From positions 248,001 through 312,000 of the forward strand of contig OZ374559.1 of NCBI GenBank assembly GCA_977862235.1: a stretch of 64,000 bases of DNA. The letters are read 5' to 3'. Of this stretch, positions 48,840-61,596 are shown one piece after another (the first letter of the stretch is position 1; the number at the start of each line of letters is the position of its first letter). Under the pieces are notes generated by a model. That model was not told where the DNA came from and searched no databases. It saw nothing but the letters and a program-made list of their open reading frames with translations. Position numbers and translations under genes: made by a program. This DNA comes from Dudresnaya verticillata. Taxonomy: Eukaryota.

Positions 48840-50085
48840 TTATACGCAAGGAAGGGGGCTAATCGGCGGTGGGGAAGCGGTAGGGGTGGTCACGAGGAGG
48901 GTGGTGGGGCCGGGAACTCTGCAGCACAGATATGCCTGATGGTCGCGATGGTTCTGGACAGGATTGGAGACCAGCTGCAGTAGGGTGGAGGGACGATAGT
49001 GTGCGAAGGGCTTGGGTGTGGGTGCGCAGTAAGCTGCGTTTGGTAGGACACGAGGGGGAATTGGGAACGTACAAAGGTGCCAACGGATGGCCAAAAGCCG
49101 GTCGCGGAGATCTGGAAGCACGAGGGCCGGCACAAACTGGGACGGGGAAGGGGCAGCAGGGCGACTCCCGTGTAGAGCTTCCTGCCATTCCAACGCGCAT
49201 TGGGCCAGCAACGCCGAGCGTGACAGCGGGTTTTGTAGTGCTTTGTCCAGCGCAGGGACATGGTGGAGGGCGTGGAGTGTCTGTCGAGCTTGCCAACCGG
49301 CAGGAGAAGAGTTCTTTGACCGGCAGTGCAGGGAGGTAAGGAGTTGGTGCTGCAGCGCTCGTTGGCGAAGAAGCGGTGGCTCGATGCGAAAGAGCGCTCG
49401 GAGCTTCTTCAGTCGCGTGCGCGACATGCGGGTAGACTTTTGTGAAATGAACAGATGGAAGAACTCGACATCTAGCTTGTCCAGAGCAATTATGACGGCG
49501 TCGTTGTAGATTGTGAGGGAACAGCCATGTTCGAAGGTCGAGCGGACAAATGACTTATACAGAAACTGGACTGCTCTAGCGGGCAGCTTCGAAGAGACAA
49601 AACCGAATGCCGCAAGTGACCGCAAGGTCTTTGTCGCAGCGAGGATTCTTTTCAGTAGAGTAGCAACACCAGCACCGTCGGGGGTGATATCAACGCCAAG
49701 GTAACGAGTCAAAGCGCGGTGCGGGATGTTAATACCGTTGAGGCGGAACAAAGAAGAGGTTAGGCGACTGCGGTGGCGCGTTGGCAGGATGAAGGCGCAT
49801 TTTGGGACCGACCAGGTCATCCCATATCGCATACCCCAGTCTTGGCAGACCTGCAGAGCCTTGCGGAGTTCATATGCTGAACTGAGGTGCAAGAGGCAAT
49901 CATCGGCGAAAAGACGCCCAGGGAGGCGAGCATCTGAGCGACCGAGCTTCTCACACAAAGAGTATGCAAGCGTGTCTATGAAAAGGTTGAAGAGTATAGG
50001 GCTAAGTGGAGAGCCTTGGACAACACCACGGCGTATCTGTGCAAATGTGGAGGTAGCATCTCCAGCGAATGCAACGACACAAGAA
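48840..50085 (-). mobile_element. 5'-truncated non-LTR retrotransposon (LINE) reverse transcriptase
   Basis: RRGVVQGSPLSPILFNLFID, RLFADDCLL, GMTWSVPKC, RYLGVDI, LYKSFVRSTFEHG. Confidence 0.94.
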
Positions 50086-50229
50086 GCCACAGCACCTCCG
50101 TCCCTTCTAAGCCCCCTTAAGGGGCTTCTCTCTTGTTCTTTAATAAAGGTTTCCTCTCTCTCCCTACTACGACTCAAAGCCGTCCTATAAAGTTTAATAT
50201 CACCTCCGTCCCTCGCTTCTACCCTTCCC

Positions 50230-50592
50230 AGTCTACCACGCTCTCCCAGTCTACCACGCTCATCGGTACGCCCCTTTCCCTGATGCTCCCTGACTACCAG
50301 GACCGCCTCCTCGCCATGACATGGCACCTGTGCACATTCCCTTCATCCCCCAGATGTCCCGCAGAGACGTAAGGATCTCCGCACCCGGGCCCGAGCACTG
50401 CACAGACTATCCATGGCCTTGGCAAATACTGACACCTGGCCAAGGTGTGTCACACACTCTCCGCCATCCGCAACTTCTGCGCCGCGATTTTTCCGATTCC
50501 AAAACCCCTCATCACATCCCCACGCACTACTACCTCCTCCTCGGCCAATGCTCCTAGCCCCATACCCCTACACGTTGTCCCTTTCCCTTGTT
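50230..50592 (+). mobile_element. LINE 3' region fragment
   Basis: LPDYQDRLLAMTWHLCTFP; inverted paralog of 19240-19580. Confidence 0.7.
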
Positions 50593-51395
50593 CGGCATTG
50601 GTCCTGTCCAGGTCACTCTGCATGTTGCAGGCGTGACAGTTACCGTACATATTGAAGGAAGCGGTTTGTGCTCATGGGAATCGCTTTCCAGGAACGATTC
50701 GTGCTCGTGTCCTGCTTTCCTTCCCCAAAAAACAAATGCTAGAGGGAGCACGTTAGGACACAAGCAAAAAAAACATTGTTAGAACAATGGCTGTTTTGAG
50801 GGCTATCCCCAACCTGTTTTTGAGGTCTCTGACGTTTTGAAGACTGTTCCACAACCACGGGAGCGCCTTTTTCACGGAGACCACGCCGACTCTCACCTTT
50901 TGCGGAGCACTGCTAGGACAAGACAAAGTTAGTAACCACTGTGGTCCACGTTTATTTTTCGTGCCAATAGAAAAGGGAAATGTTGAAGGGGCGAAAGGGA
51001 AAGGGAAGAAGTTTCCAAGGCACAGGAGGCACATGTAGTCCTCTCGATCTGCTCAGTGAATACAGTTGAAGCACTTCCGTAGTAACCAGATGTCTGATGA
51101 TGCGTTCGTCGCACTCCCGCATGTAGGAAATCAGCAAGCATCCGTATCTCAACGGCGAGGCGTCATTTCCGCCACGCCACTGCCTGGAAGCAGCGCGAAG
51201 TCTCTATGGATGAGCAATCAATTGACCACAGGCACAACTCGCGAGAAGAATCCCATATTGACGACACATATCATCTTCTCGGCGGAAGTGCGGGCGGTTT
51301 GATTCCTCTCCTCACACACGAGAGGATAGGATGAGTGTTTTCAGTACATGCTTCAGCTCCGCCAAACCAAGATTAGCCTCTACACCAGCTACATC

Positions 51396-51700
51396 TTAAT
51401 TGGTCTTGTGCAAGGGGGCTTCATCAAGTTCTCGCTCAGCTGCTTCTGTAACTTTCTGATGGCGAATTGCAACTTCGACTTGCGGTAAAATGCCATCCAT
51501 TGCCTTCTTCACACTTTTATCCAATGCCAGTGCTGCTTCTTTGATGATCTCATGGATAAACTTTGTCCATTCTGCTAGTACAATATGAGAGCGCGAGCGT
51601 CCTTTCAGGAACTCCATGAGCCTGACGAAGTGAATGGATGTTTCAAATGATTCAACCTCTTTTGTCAAACTACGGCATGGACTGATGAGACCGTCAACTC
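51396..51700 (-). pseudogene. Fourth, most truncated copy of the C-terminus of the 1010-aa protein (its 3' flank runs to ~50630)
   Basis: VDGLISPCRSLTKEVESFETSIHFVRLMEFLKGRS...ILPQVEVAIRHQKV; flank is an inverted match to 18157-18920. Confidence 0.85.
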
Positions 51701-53303
51701 TAACAACCAGTGAACTTAAATAATAGCCCTTCCAATCCATCTCTGCAATCGACCTCCATCTGTAACACCTCTTCTCCTCAATAGATAGTACTGTATTCTT
51801 TTGTTCAAACGTAGTACCAGTGCTCTCGTGTTCGAAAATGGCGCGCTGTTGCCGAAGTAGAACCGCCTTGAATAACAATGAATACGCCTCTCCACAGCTC
51901 CCATCTCCCGCCTTTGCAAAGCTAACCTGTTTCTCTGTGATTCTTGTGCCCCAACCCGGCTGCCATTGCTCTGTTTCACAGAAAAAACTGCTTGTATCAG
52001 ATACTCTGCATATGTTGCAAGCACCAAATTCGTCGCAACTCGCGAGCAAGTAAAACCGTGCCCACTGCTGCATATCACGTTCCACAACTCGGGCACCCAT
52101 CTGAAACGAAGCTTACTTGGAACCTCCCCACAGCTCCGTCTTTCAACTTCCTTGCATCGCAACTAGCTGATATCTGTCGATGCTTTCCGTGCTACTTCTT
52201 CTGTCCCCCAGAACAATCCCTGAAAACACTTGCTGGGCTGGTAGGGTTTTGGCACTACGCATGTGTTACTAACACATGCATTCTCTATCCCAGACTGCTC
52301 ACATCGGATTCATCCTCATGATCTTCGACGACAACCCTGTCATGCACTTCCCACCTCGAAACACTTAATGTTCGACTATTGTAGCAACCCAGTCTTCCCT
52401 CAACCTTGGTTTAACCTCAAGACAAAAAGCTCAAAGAGATTGAAGCCCGGGCAAAGCCCCTGTACCCCGTACCACCCGCTTCGTCTCAATTTTTCTGCCT
52501 CTTACCACGTGACGTCTTTTGTACGGTGCGATAATGTATGCACATCCCCAACTCCCCGCCCACAATCCCTGCAATACAGACGATGATGCTCACTGCTGGG
52601 CAGCCAATGTCACAATTGCAGTAATACGAACTCCGAACAACTTCTCCTTCTCCAACGCTCAGCAACTCCGTGCTGCCAGATCCGTACACGTCCACGACCT
52701 TCAACTCCGCAGATGGATATAAACCTCGCAGGAAAGCGATCAGCCCTGTTTAAAATCAGAACTGTTCCGCCGTCGCCTCCCTACTGCAGCTTCCAGCCGA
52801 CCATATGCTGCTGGTCCGCTTGCATCTTTCGACATTCCCAATCCCTCCTGCGAACCCAGCGCGCGCTCAACGATTTGGAACCTTCCGCCAGGGGCTCCAT
52901 GCTCCATGCTCCATGCTCTCTCTCGCTCTCTCTCTCTCTCTCTCGCGCGCGCGCTCGTGATGGTAGTGCAGGAAGGAGTTTGGCACCGGAGCTCCGGAAC
53001 AAGCCAACCACAACAAATTGAGCACTATTACGGTTATTATTTCTTAATTTCATCTTAATTTCAATCCATTAGGCCCGCCTTAGCCGTCAATGGTGAAATT
53101 GCTGCTGGCTCTGATCAGCACCGAGTGCACTGCGCGGAAGCCTTTGAGCCTCTCTCAAGCCCTGCCCTCCAAATCTGCAGCTCCGGACAACTGCACCCTC
53201 GGCAACCGGCGTGCACCCGTTCCGTTGCGTGCACGAACTCTCGGCCCCCAAACATCTCTCTGAATTTTGCGAACGAACCAAGGGCCCTAGGAATCTGGCT
53301 GCG

Positions 53304-54476
53304 ATGTCTCACCGCAAGTTCGAGGCGCCGCGCCACGGCTCGCTGGCCTTTCTTCCCAAGAAGCGCGCGGCTCGCCACCGCGGCAAGGTCAAGTCTTTTC
53401 CGAGGGATGACCCCAAGAAGCCGTGCCACCTCACCGCCTTCATGGGCTACAAGGCCGGTATGACCCATATCGTCCGCGATGTTAACAAGCCGGGTTCCAA
53501 GCTGCACAAGAAGGAGGTTGTCGAGGCCGTCACTGTCATTGAAACTCCACCAGTCGTGGCCATCGGCGTTTTGGGGTACTCCGAGACCCCATACGGCCTG
53601 CGCTTGCTGACGACCGTCTGGGCCGAGCATCTCTCTGAGGAGGCCAAGCGTCGTTTCTACAAGAACTGGTATCGCAGCAAGAAGAAGGCGTTTTCCAAGT
53701 ACGCCAAGAAGCACGCCGAGGGATCGAGTTGCGTCGATGAAGAGATTGACAAGATCACTAAGCATTGCAGCGTTGTCCGCTTGTTGGTGCACACTCAAAT
53801 CCGCAAGATCCGTATCACGCAGAAGAAGGCCCACGTTATGGAGGTCCAGATCAACGGCGGTTCTATTGCAGACAAGGTTGCCTACGCGAAGGAAATGTTT
53901 GAGCGCGAGATTGGTGTGAACGCGGTATTCAAGAAGGATGAAGTGATTGATTGCGTCGGCGTAACTAAGGGCCACGGGTTTGAGGGCGTCGTCACGCGCT
54001 GGGGCGTTACTCGTCTGCCACGAAAGACGCGTCGAGGACTGCGCAAGGTCGCGTGCATTGGAGCGTGGCATCCTGCCCGCGTCGGGTACACTGTTGCTCG
54101 TGCTGGGCAGCGCGGTTACTTCCATAGAACGCAGGCAAATCTCAAGATATATCGCATCGGGGCCAAAGGCGACGCCACAGATGCCACTACTGATTACGAC
54201 CTTACAAGTAAGACCGTCACACCCATGGGAGGGTTCCCACATTTCGGCGCAATCAAGGAAGACTGGATCATGCTGAAAGGATCAGTGGTCGGAACAAAGA
54301 AGCGCGTCATAACTCTTCGCAAGAGTCTGTACCCTCAGACGTCTCGGAATGCACAAGAGGAAATCAACATCAAGTTCATCGACACTTCTTCCAAACATGG
54401 GCATGGACGGTTCCAGAATTTTGCTGAGAAGAAAAAGTGCGAGGGAGCCCTTAAGCGTGACATACTTGGCGATTAG
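53304..54476 (+). CDS. RPL3: 60S ribosomal protein L3 (uL3), second intact copy, 390 aa
   Basis: Same motifs as 10450-11622; four amino-acid differences (V>L, T>S, S>L, G>C). Confidence 0.97.
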   Translation: MSHRKFEAPRHGSLAFLPKKRAARHRGKVKSFPRDDPKKPCHLTAFMGYKAGMTHIVRDVNKPGSKLHKKEVVEAVTVIETPPVVAIGVLGYSETPYGLRLLTTVWAEHLSEEAKRRFYKNWYRSKKKAFSKYAKKHAEGSSCVDEEIDKITKHCSVVRLLVHTQIRKIRITQKKAHVMEVQINGGSIADKVAYAKEMFEREIGVNAVFKKDEVIDCVGVTKGHGFEGVVTRWGVTRLPRKTRRGLRKVACIGAWHPARVGYTVARAGQRGYFHRTQANLKIYRIGAKGDATDATTDYDLTSKTVTPMGGFPHFGAIKEDWIMLKGSVVGTKKRVITLRKSLYPQTSRNAQEEINIKFIDTSSKHGHGRFQNFAEKKKCEGALKRDILGD

Positions 54477-55609
54477 AGTGCGCAGCCTCGCGGATAGGTA
54501 GACATGCCTAATGCCGGGGGTTTGTTGGAGAGTGTGCTTCGGCCCCAGCATGCCAAACTTGATGCCTTCTCGAGGAGCAGACTCCAGAGCCCTTTACTAT
54601 ACTAGTTCTGGTTACTCATATGCACACAGGAAACGCCGGAGGCTGAAGTCGTTGCATAGTAGCAGAGTAAATGCACAGTCTCTCAAAAGCTAGCATACGG
54701 CAGATCGAGGTGGCTATACAAAGCATCCGTTTCATTCCAACACAGGTGAGTGAAGCTTGTTTGACACCTATGCGAACAGTCTGCATGATCAGCTCCACAG
54801 CAGTGCGGTTAATTTGGTCCTGGTCTTCAGTTCACGCTGCATGCTGCAGGCGCACCAGGTACGGTACGTATTGAAGGAAGTGATTTGTGTTCATGGGAAT
54901 CGCTATCTATCAATCGATTCGTGCTCGTCTCCTGGTTGCCTTCCCCAACAAGCAAGTGCTAGAGGGAGCACGCTAGTACACAAGCAAAAAAGCCATTGTT
55001 AGAGCAATGGCTGTTTTGAGGGCTATCCCGCCTGTTTTTGAGGTCTCTGACGAAGACTGTTCCACAACCACGGGAGTGCTTTTTTCACGCAGACTACGCC
55101 GACTCTCGCCTTTTGCGGGGCACTGCTAGGGGAAAAGACAAAATTAGCAACCACTACGGACCACGTTTATTGTTCCTGACGATGGAAAAGGGAAATGTTG
55201 AAGGGGCGAAAGGGAAAGGGAAGAACATTTCAAGGCACAGGAGGCACATGTAGTCCTCTCAGTTTGCTCAGTGAATACAGGCGAAGCACTTCTTTAGTAA
55301 CCAGATGTCTGATGATGCGTTCGTTGCACTCCCGCACGTAGAAAATCAGCAAGTGTCCGTATATCAACGACGAGGCGTCATTTCGGTCACGCCACTGCCT
55401 GGAAGCAGCGTAGAGTCTCTATGGATGAGCAATCAATTGACCATGGGCACAACTTGAGAGAAGAACCCCATATTGACGGCACGTATCATCTTCTCGGTAG
55501 AAGTGCGGGCGGCTTGATTCCTCTTCTCACACACGAGAGCTTAGGATGAGGGTTTCCAGTACATGCCTCTGCTCCGCCAAACCAAGATAGCCTCTACATC
55601 AGCTACATC

Positions 55610-56697
55610 TCAATCCGTGTGCTTCATGGGGGCTTCATCAAGTTCTCGCTCAGCTGCTTCTGTAACTTGCTGATCGCGAACTGCAGCTTCGACTTGGGGC
55701 AAAATGCCATCCATTATCTCCTTCACACTTTTCTCCAATGTCAGTGCTATTTCTTGCGTGCTCTCATGGATGGACTTTGTCCATTCTGCTAGTACAATAT
55801 GCGAATGCGAGCGTCCTTTGAGGAACTCCATGAGCCTGACGAAGTGCATGGATGTTTCAAATGATTCAACCTCTTTTGTCAAACTACGGCAAAGACTGAT
55901 GAGACCATCAACTTCCGTAACAAAAGATTCCACTTTGCGTTGCATCGGTTCAAGCTCAATGACGGAGTCCGTTTGGGAAAGCTTCTGCTCAGAGCACTGA
56001 GATTCGTTCCCTCCGCTTTCCTTCACAATGCCTAGATTTCCAGGCGCCCTTGAATCCTCATGTCCCCCAGTAGCAGTTCTCACCCTTTTGCTTTCCCTCT
56101 CGGGTACTTCTAGAGCGTCTCCATCATCGACGTCATTCCCATTAGTTCTGACACGCTTTTGTCCTTGAATGCTCACATTTCCCGGGCCTCCAGTATTGCC
56201 AATAGCACTGTTCATGCTTTCCGAGCCTTCAACTGGGTTGGGAACAGACCCAAATGGACCCATGGCATTCTGTTCCGCAGGCTTCGACTTCGGTGACCCT
56301 CTTCTCTTCTTCGCTCCTGCCCTCGCACTGCCTCTCACTCTGCGAATGGTACTGGGGTTAGCATCTCCCGATGTATCCTTGGCAATCTCAGAGGGCACCT
56401 CGCTCATCTTCAGTGGCTGTTGAAGGTCCCCAGGCGTACTCAAAGTACCTTTCCTCTTCTTACGGTTTCGCCGTGTGGTGGGCATTTTGGACTCTTGGCG
56501 GCGGGAACTGGCACTATGCAATTCCTGTTCGTGTTGGAGTTGGACGCACGACTGAAGTTCGACACAGCGAGTGAGATGACCGGGCCCGGTTCAGCACCTA
56601 GGGTTTCATTCGCTCGACGGGACACCATCGGTTTGTCTTTCCTGCGATTGGCCAATAATGAAATATGGGCGTGTTGCGCATTATGGCCCTCATCTAG
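55610..56697 (-). pseudogene. 5'-truncated paralog of the 1010-aa protein (mirror of 8229-9316)
   Basis: Near-identical inverted copy with the same breakpoint and frameshift. Confidence 0.85.
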
Positions 56698-56903
56698 TGC
56701 TTGCTTGCTCTCACTCTCTTGAAAAACTTCCTTCACCTCGTTTTCCCCCTCCTGGCTCCTATACCATTCGGGTCTTCTAGCCGTCATGCAGGATGGCTTG
56801 ACCGCGTCCCCGCCCACGTTGAGCAGAAGTTCTTCAAGTTTGCTCATGCGTCAATCGACTTTCTTGCCGCTACCGTGCCCGACTTTGAATCCGTCGTTGA
56901 CCT

Positions 56904-59900
56904 ATAAACACTTCCTCCTTGACTTGTTGGGTGCTGTCTTGTTTGTGCTCAATGCGAAGACCTCTGCCCTTTTCTTCCTCGAGAGAGAAAAGGGCGGAGC
57001 TTTTATATTCTATTACGGAGCCGCTTGCTCCAAAGCTCCGAGCCTACTCTATGCGTTTGATAAAGAACAGCACTACTGCTGATTCTAAATGGTATGGATA
57101 AAGTAGCTGTTCTATTCGTAAACGGTATCTTCTACAGTAGCCCAAACCGCCATGCCCTCAGAACAACTACCCCCGGGGACATGGTAGTTCAAAACATCTA
57201 TCTCCTGGGACAGGCTTGAAGATGTTACGTCTTCAACGGAAGAAGTTGTTCCTGCAACGGAACATCTTCTTGGATTAGAGTAGAGCTGACAATTCTAAAT
57301 TGCATAACAAAAGCTTCAAGCGAGTAAGCCTGTAGTGCCACTTGGCAACGGTTCAAGCCTGTAGTGCCACTTGGCAACGGTTCTCTACATGGCCCCATAC
57401 TTGCTAGGGCGAAGTCCTAGTGAGTATTACTACTCCTTAATGCCAAGTGCTTTGAGTGCCTTTTTTGCAAGACGCTTCTTACGTGTTGTTCGTAGGAAGC
57501 TTTCTACCCCTTGCATAATGTCTTGGTACATTTGCTGCAGCGACTGCCACGTCCAGTCAGTAGCATCGGGCTGCCCTAACCACTTCACGTGAAAAAATTC
57601 CGTCGGAAGCCTCGCCGATATCCAGCAATTTCTCGACCATCTCAAACTTAGTCTCGATATGTTCGGCTTGCTTCATCAGATTTTTAGAAACAGGAGCGCC
57701 ATCCAACCTGGCTTTGTAGAGTAGTAGCCTAGGGCCATGAGAAATTTCAGTCTTGTTATGCATAAGCCCGGTTACTTCATAAACCATGTCACCAATATTC
57801 CTTGAAATACGGCGCGGACCCACCCATCGAAACATCATTTTGTGTCCTTTATTCTGCGCTCTGCGCACTAGAACAAAATCGCCAATTTTGAAGCTAGGGG
57901 TAACCAGGTTTGTCTTCTGGTTGTGATACGCTACTTGCCTCTGCCTATTATTGGAGACATTATTAGCCACGTCGCGATGCATGTCTTCTAGAACATTCTG
58001 CAACTTATTGATGTTAATGAGTTGATGTACGCGGACTTGACTTATCGGGACTGGTTCTGTCTCTTCTTGGTGTCGCACCACAAAGTTGATGCGATTGGGT
58101 AGTATTCCGGTCATGACTTCGAGGGGTGTTCTGTACGTCCCATCGATGCGCTTACCTACGCGCCGGTGTGGAGCCTCATTTAGCGCCATCATCACGGTAT
58201 CAATAACCAGTGGCCAATCTTGTGGCCCAAGCTTGAGTTCTGAGAGTAACGCCGTGCAAGCGGCCTTAATATGCCGCATACAAATTTCAATCGTACCATT
58301 AACCCAAGGAGAATACGCAACTGTGAACCGGTGCTCAACTTTGTAGATCTTAGCCAAAGTTTCCATAACTTGATTTTTAAAATGCGACCCCTGGTCCGAT
58401 ACCCAGTATTTCATTGCCGTAAATACTCGTATCCATCTTGAAAGCTCTTTCGACACTTTTTCTGCATCCGCGGCCACACTTGGACATATCCATAAGTAAG
58501 ACGAAAGGTCGTCTCGGATGATGAGGCAGTATTTCAAACCATCTGTGCCAATCCCCATCAATATGAAATCGAAGTGAACAACTTCGTTAGGCTTCGTGCC
58601 GTGAAGGGTAATAGATATTGGACGTGGAATGCGGTTTCCACTTTTCCCAATGATGCAGTGCAAAAATTTAATATAAACTCATTCACATCGGCCTCCATAC
58701 TGTTCCATTGGTACAGCTCCTTAAGTGTACTCCAGGTCGATTCCACACCTCGATGTCCACCTACCCCACAATGTGATATTACTAACAACTTCATTTGCAA
58801 GTCCACATTATTATCAGGTATCCAAATGCGTGTGTTATCTCGTAGTAAACCATCCTTTCCTTTCTTCAATCGTGTAGGAACATTATCCGCGGACTGTTGT
58901 GCCTTCTGTAACATTTCGGGGGACAGCCATTCAAACGTGTTCTCACATGGAGACTGAACAAGGTCCTGGGCCTCTATAGCACGAGTGACACGTCTAGCAA
59001 GGTTATGTTTGCCTCGATAGCCAGCAAACCATCGTGTCATCATGTCGGCAGTAATATTGCGGCTGCCCTCGACGTGTTCGATTGTATACATAAACCTAGA
59101 AAGGTACAGTGCCCAGCACTGAGCCTTGTTGATGATATGCCTTCCAAGGTTTGGTCTTAATGCAACAGGGTTGTATACAAAAAGAAGATTCCTGTGGTCC
59201 GTGAACAGATGAATATTTGCTTCGCAGGAGAAAATTTAATCCATCTTCTCGAAAACGTAATACACAGCATATCCCTCGCGCTCAAAGGTTGTCCAATGCT
59301 GCTGCGTTTCATTAAATGCGGACCCAAGGAAAGCCAAAGGTTGATGCATCTGCTCTTCTATTGGCTGCTCTAAGTCTGATGGATCGCACTGTGTAACTAC
59401 CGCCGCTCAGTGTTCATCAGATGCGTCGGTGTAGACACAAAGAGTCTTTTCTTGATCCCTATGCGCTAGTTTCACCACATTTCGAAGCTGTTCTTGAAGG
59501 TCGTTAAAGGCTTCAGCGTGCTTTTGACCCCAAGACAATTTGCAAAGTCGTATGCCCTGTATGGACCGTGAAGTACGCTTTCCCGATTTTGTATAAGCTT
59601 CTTCAAGAACTGCGCGTAGTGGTGCCACACGAGCAGTAAAGTCGGGAATATATTGCGACATCCATTGTAAACAGTTCACAAATTGTGACAACTCGGCGCC
59701 GTTCTCTGGAGCAGACGCATTCTTGAGTCCACTCAAACGTCTTGGTCACAAGTGACACCACCCTTGTCGACCACATAACCACACCATTCCAAGGAAGTGC
59801 TGAAAAGTACAGACTTCTTTGCAGAAATGTTCAGGTTCTTTTCCCTACAGATGGCGAAGAACCTTTCGAGATAGGATATAAGGTCTCCTTCATCCTTGGC

Positions 59901-60688
59901 ATGCACAGCAAAATCGTCTAGCCAAGCCTTGACTGCACCACGAATAGATTGAAAACATGGCTCCACTCGGGACTGGAAGTTCTGTACTGCGTTCATGCCT
60001 CCTTGTAGTGTTCTCGTAGGCTGGAAAACACCAGAAGGTGTTAGAAAACTGTGGTAATACTGGCTCTCAGAATGTAGAGGCATCTGCCAGTAACCTGCAC
60101 AGAAATATATACTCGCAAAGCAAGAGCTATCTGCGAAGTCCAACAGCTCCGATTGTAAATGTGGCATTGGCCAGGCCATTGTTTGAGTACATTGATTGAC
60201 CATGCGAAGGTCGAAAGTTAGCCTGTACGTTTTAGTACCAGGCTTTGGCACTAGTAGCGGTGGGGATGCCCACTCAGCATTTGGGTTCGGGATGGACATG
60301 CCGTATTCTAAAAGCTTTCCGACAAATCGTTTCATGTAGTCACGCTGTTCAGCAGAATAGCGCCGCGCCTTCGTAATGTAGGCTACAGAACCTGGCTTGA
60401 TGTTGATCCGCATTGGTTCTACTTTTGCTGGGGGACACGGACCAAGGCGCACACGGAAAACATCCGTATATGCTGCCAACAGCTTTTCCAATTTCAACTT
60501 TCCAGTTGCGCTCAAACCATTGTCAGAAGCAGTGTCCAACATCTTGTTAAATGCAGTTTTCAACTCTGCGGGTGAGTCTTCTCCAAGCTCAGTGCGTTGC
60601 TCGGAAAGGCTATCGGGCACCTCCCCCGTCACTCCCTGTTCGGAATGAAAAAGACCAGATCTGTGCAGCGTAATGCTGATGAGAGTAT
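56904..60688 (-). mobile_element. pol: Decayed chromodomain Ty3/Gypsy element (distinct family): RT, RNase H, integrase, chromodomain, truncated 3' LTR
   Basis: RT YRLTFDLRMVN, AGYWQMPL, WLDD; RNase H YTDASDEH* and FTDHRNL; integrase ISHC..GHRG, HFDF, SDQG, NGTIE; chromodomain FHVKWLGQPDATDWTWQ. LTR-like 56904-~57430 has TATAAAAG and a 29-bp duplication at ~57326-57383. Confidence 0.92.
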
Positions 60689-61596
60689 TGTAGTGCAAAC
60701 GTCGTTGACGGACACTACCGAGCAGTTCGGGGCTCGGCGGGTAGCCACGCCTGCGGCGATGAGTGGCCTCGCCGTGGGCGTCTGGTGGTAGAGCGGTTGA
60801 CTCGCCTTGGGCGGACTGTAAACGCCCTTGGCGGAAAAGAAGAACAAAATAAAACAGAAAGGGAACACGTCGAGGACGGGTAGAGACGTGGAAGCACGGA
60901 GGTAGACGCTTAGCCGTAGGCAGCGGTAGGGTACGCGCGTGCTGAACGGGGAAGTCTGGACCAAGGCCGGCTTGCCGGGGTTTACTGTGACGTCTGAGAC
61001 AGATCAACTAAGTACAGGATTACCTAGCGGCGGCGACGCGGATGTACGCGTAACGCGGGAACTCGGGACACGTGTCGTCCCGAGGCGCGTCTGACAGATC
61101 CGTCCGTCATGCAGCCGCGCTCCTGACAGATCACGCGTAGCTTCCCTGCTCGAATCCTTACACTCACACGTGGATCCTTTCCTTACAGCCGCATGCGCCC
61201 CATGGCGCGAGCGATCTCGATCCGTACCGATCCCGATCCAGTCCGGATTCGGGCCAGCGATGCGGATGCGCCAGGCTTACAGGCGCGTGCCTTACACCCC
61301 TTAATCCCGATGTGGGATCCCGATGTGGGATCCCGATTGGATCCGGATTCGGGCCACGCTTACAGAGAACGTTCCCGCCACTGCGCCACGTGCGCACGCG
61401 TGGCGCCGTACAGTGGCCGGGTTGAGGCGTGCGGTCTGCACGCCCAGCGAGCCGTTCTGGCCCAAGTGGCCAGCGGTATGCGTCGGTGACGTGTTTGCGC
61501 CCGGGCGGGTTGAGCGCGCCGTTGGCGGTCGTCCGTCGGTAGACGCTGCATATCAACGCCTGAAAGCGAAAACGGGGGACCCCCCCTGGCACTACA
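60689..61596. mobile_element. Solo LTR (family X, 908 bp)
   Basis: Perfect TGTAGTGC...GCACTACA termini and perfect TSD AGTAT. Confidence 0.95.

Larger units (their letters stand above)
52421..56903 (-). repeat. Right arm of ~4.5 kb inverted segmental duplication
   Basis: Reverse complement of 8022-12508. Confidence 0.96.

Noticed and set aside
50086..50327. N-terminal part of the 495-aa LINE ORF
   Set aside because: It is the antisense of separate plus-strand LINE 3' fragments; RT homology starts at ~50085.
59733..61007. 424-aa ORF as a novel RT fusion
   Set aside because: The N-terminal part is the inserted solo LTR (60689-61596) read in frame by chance.
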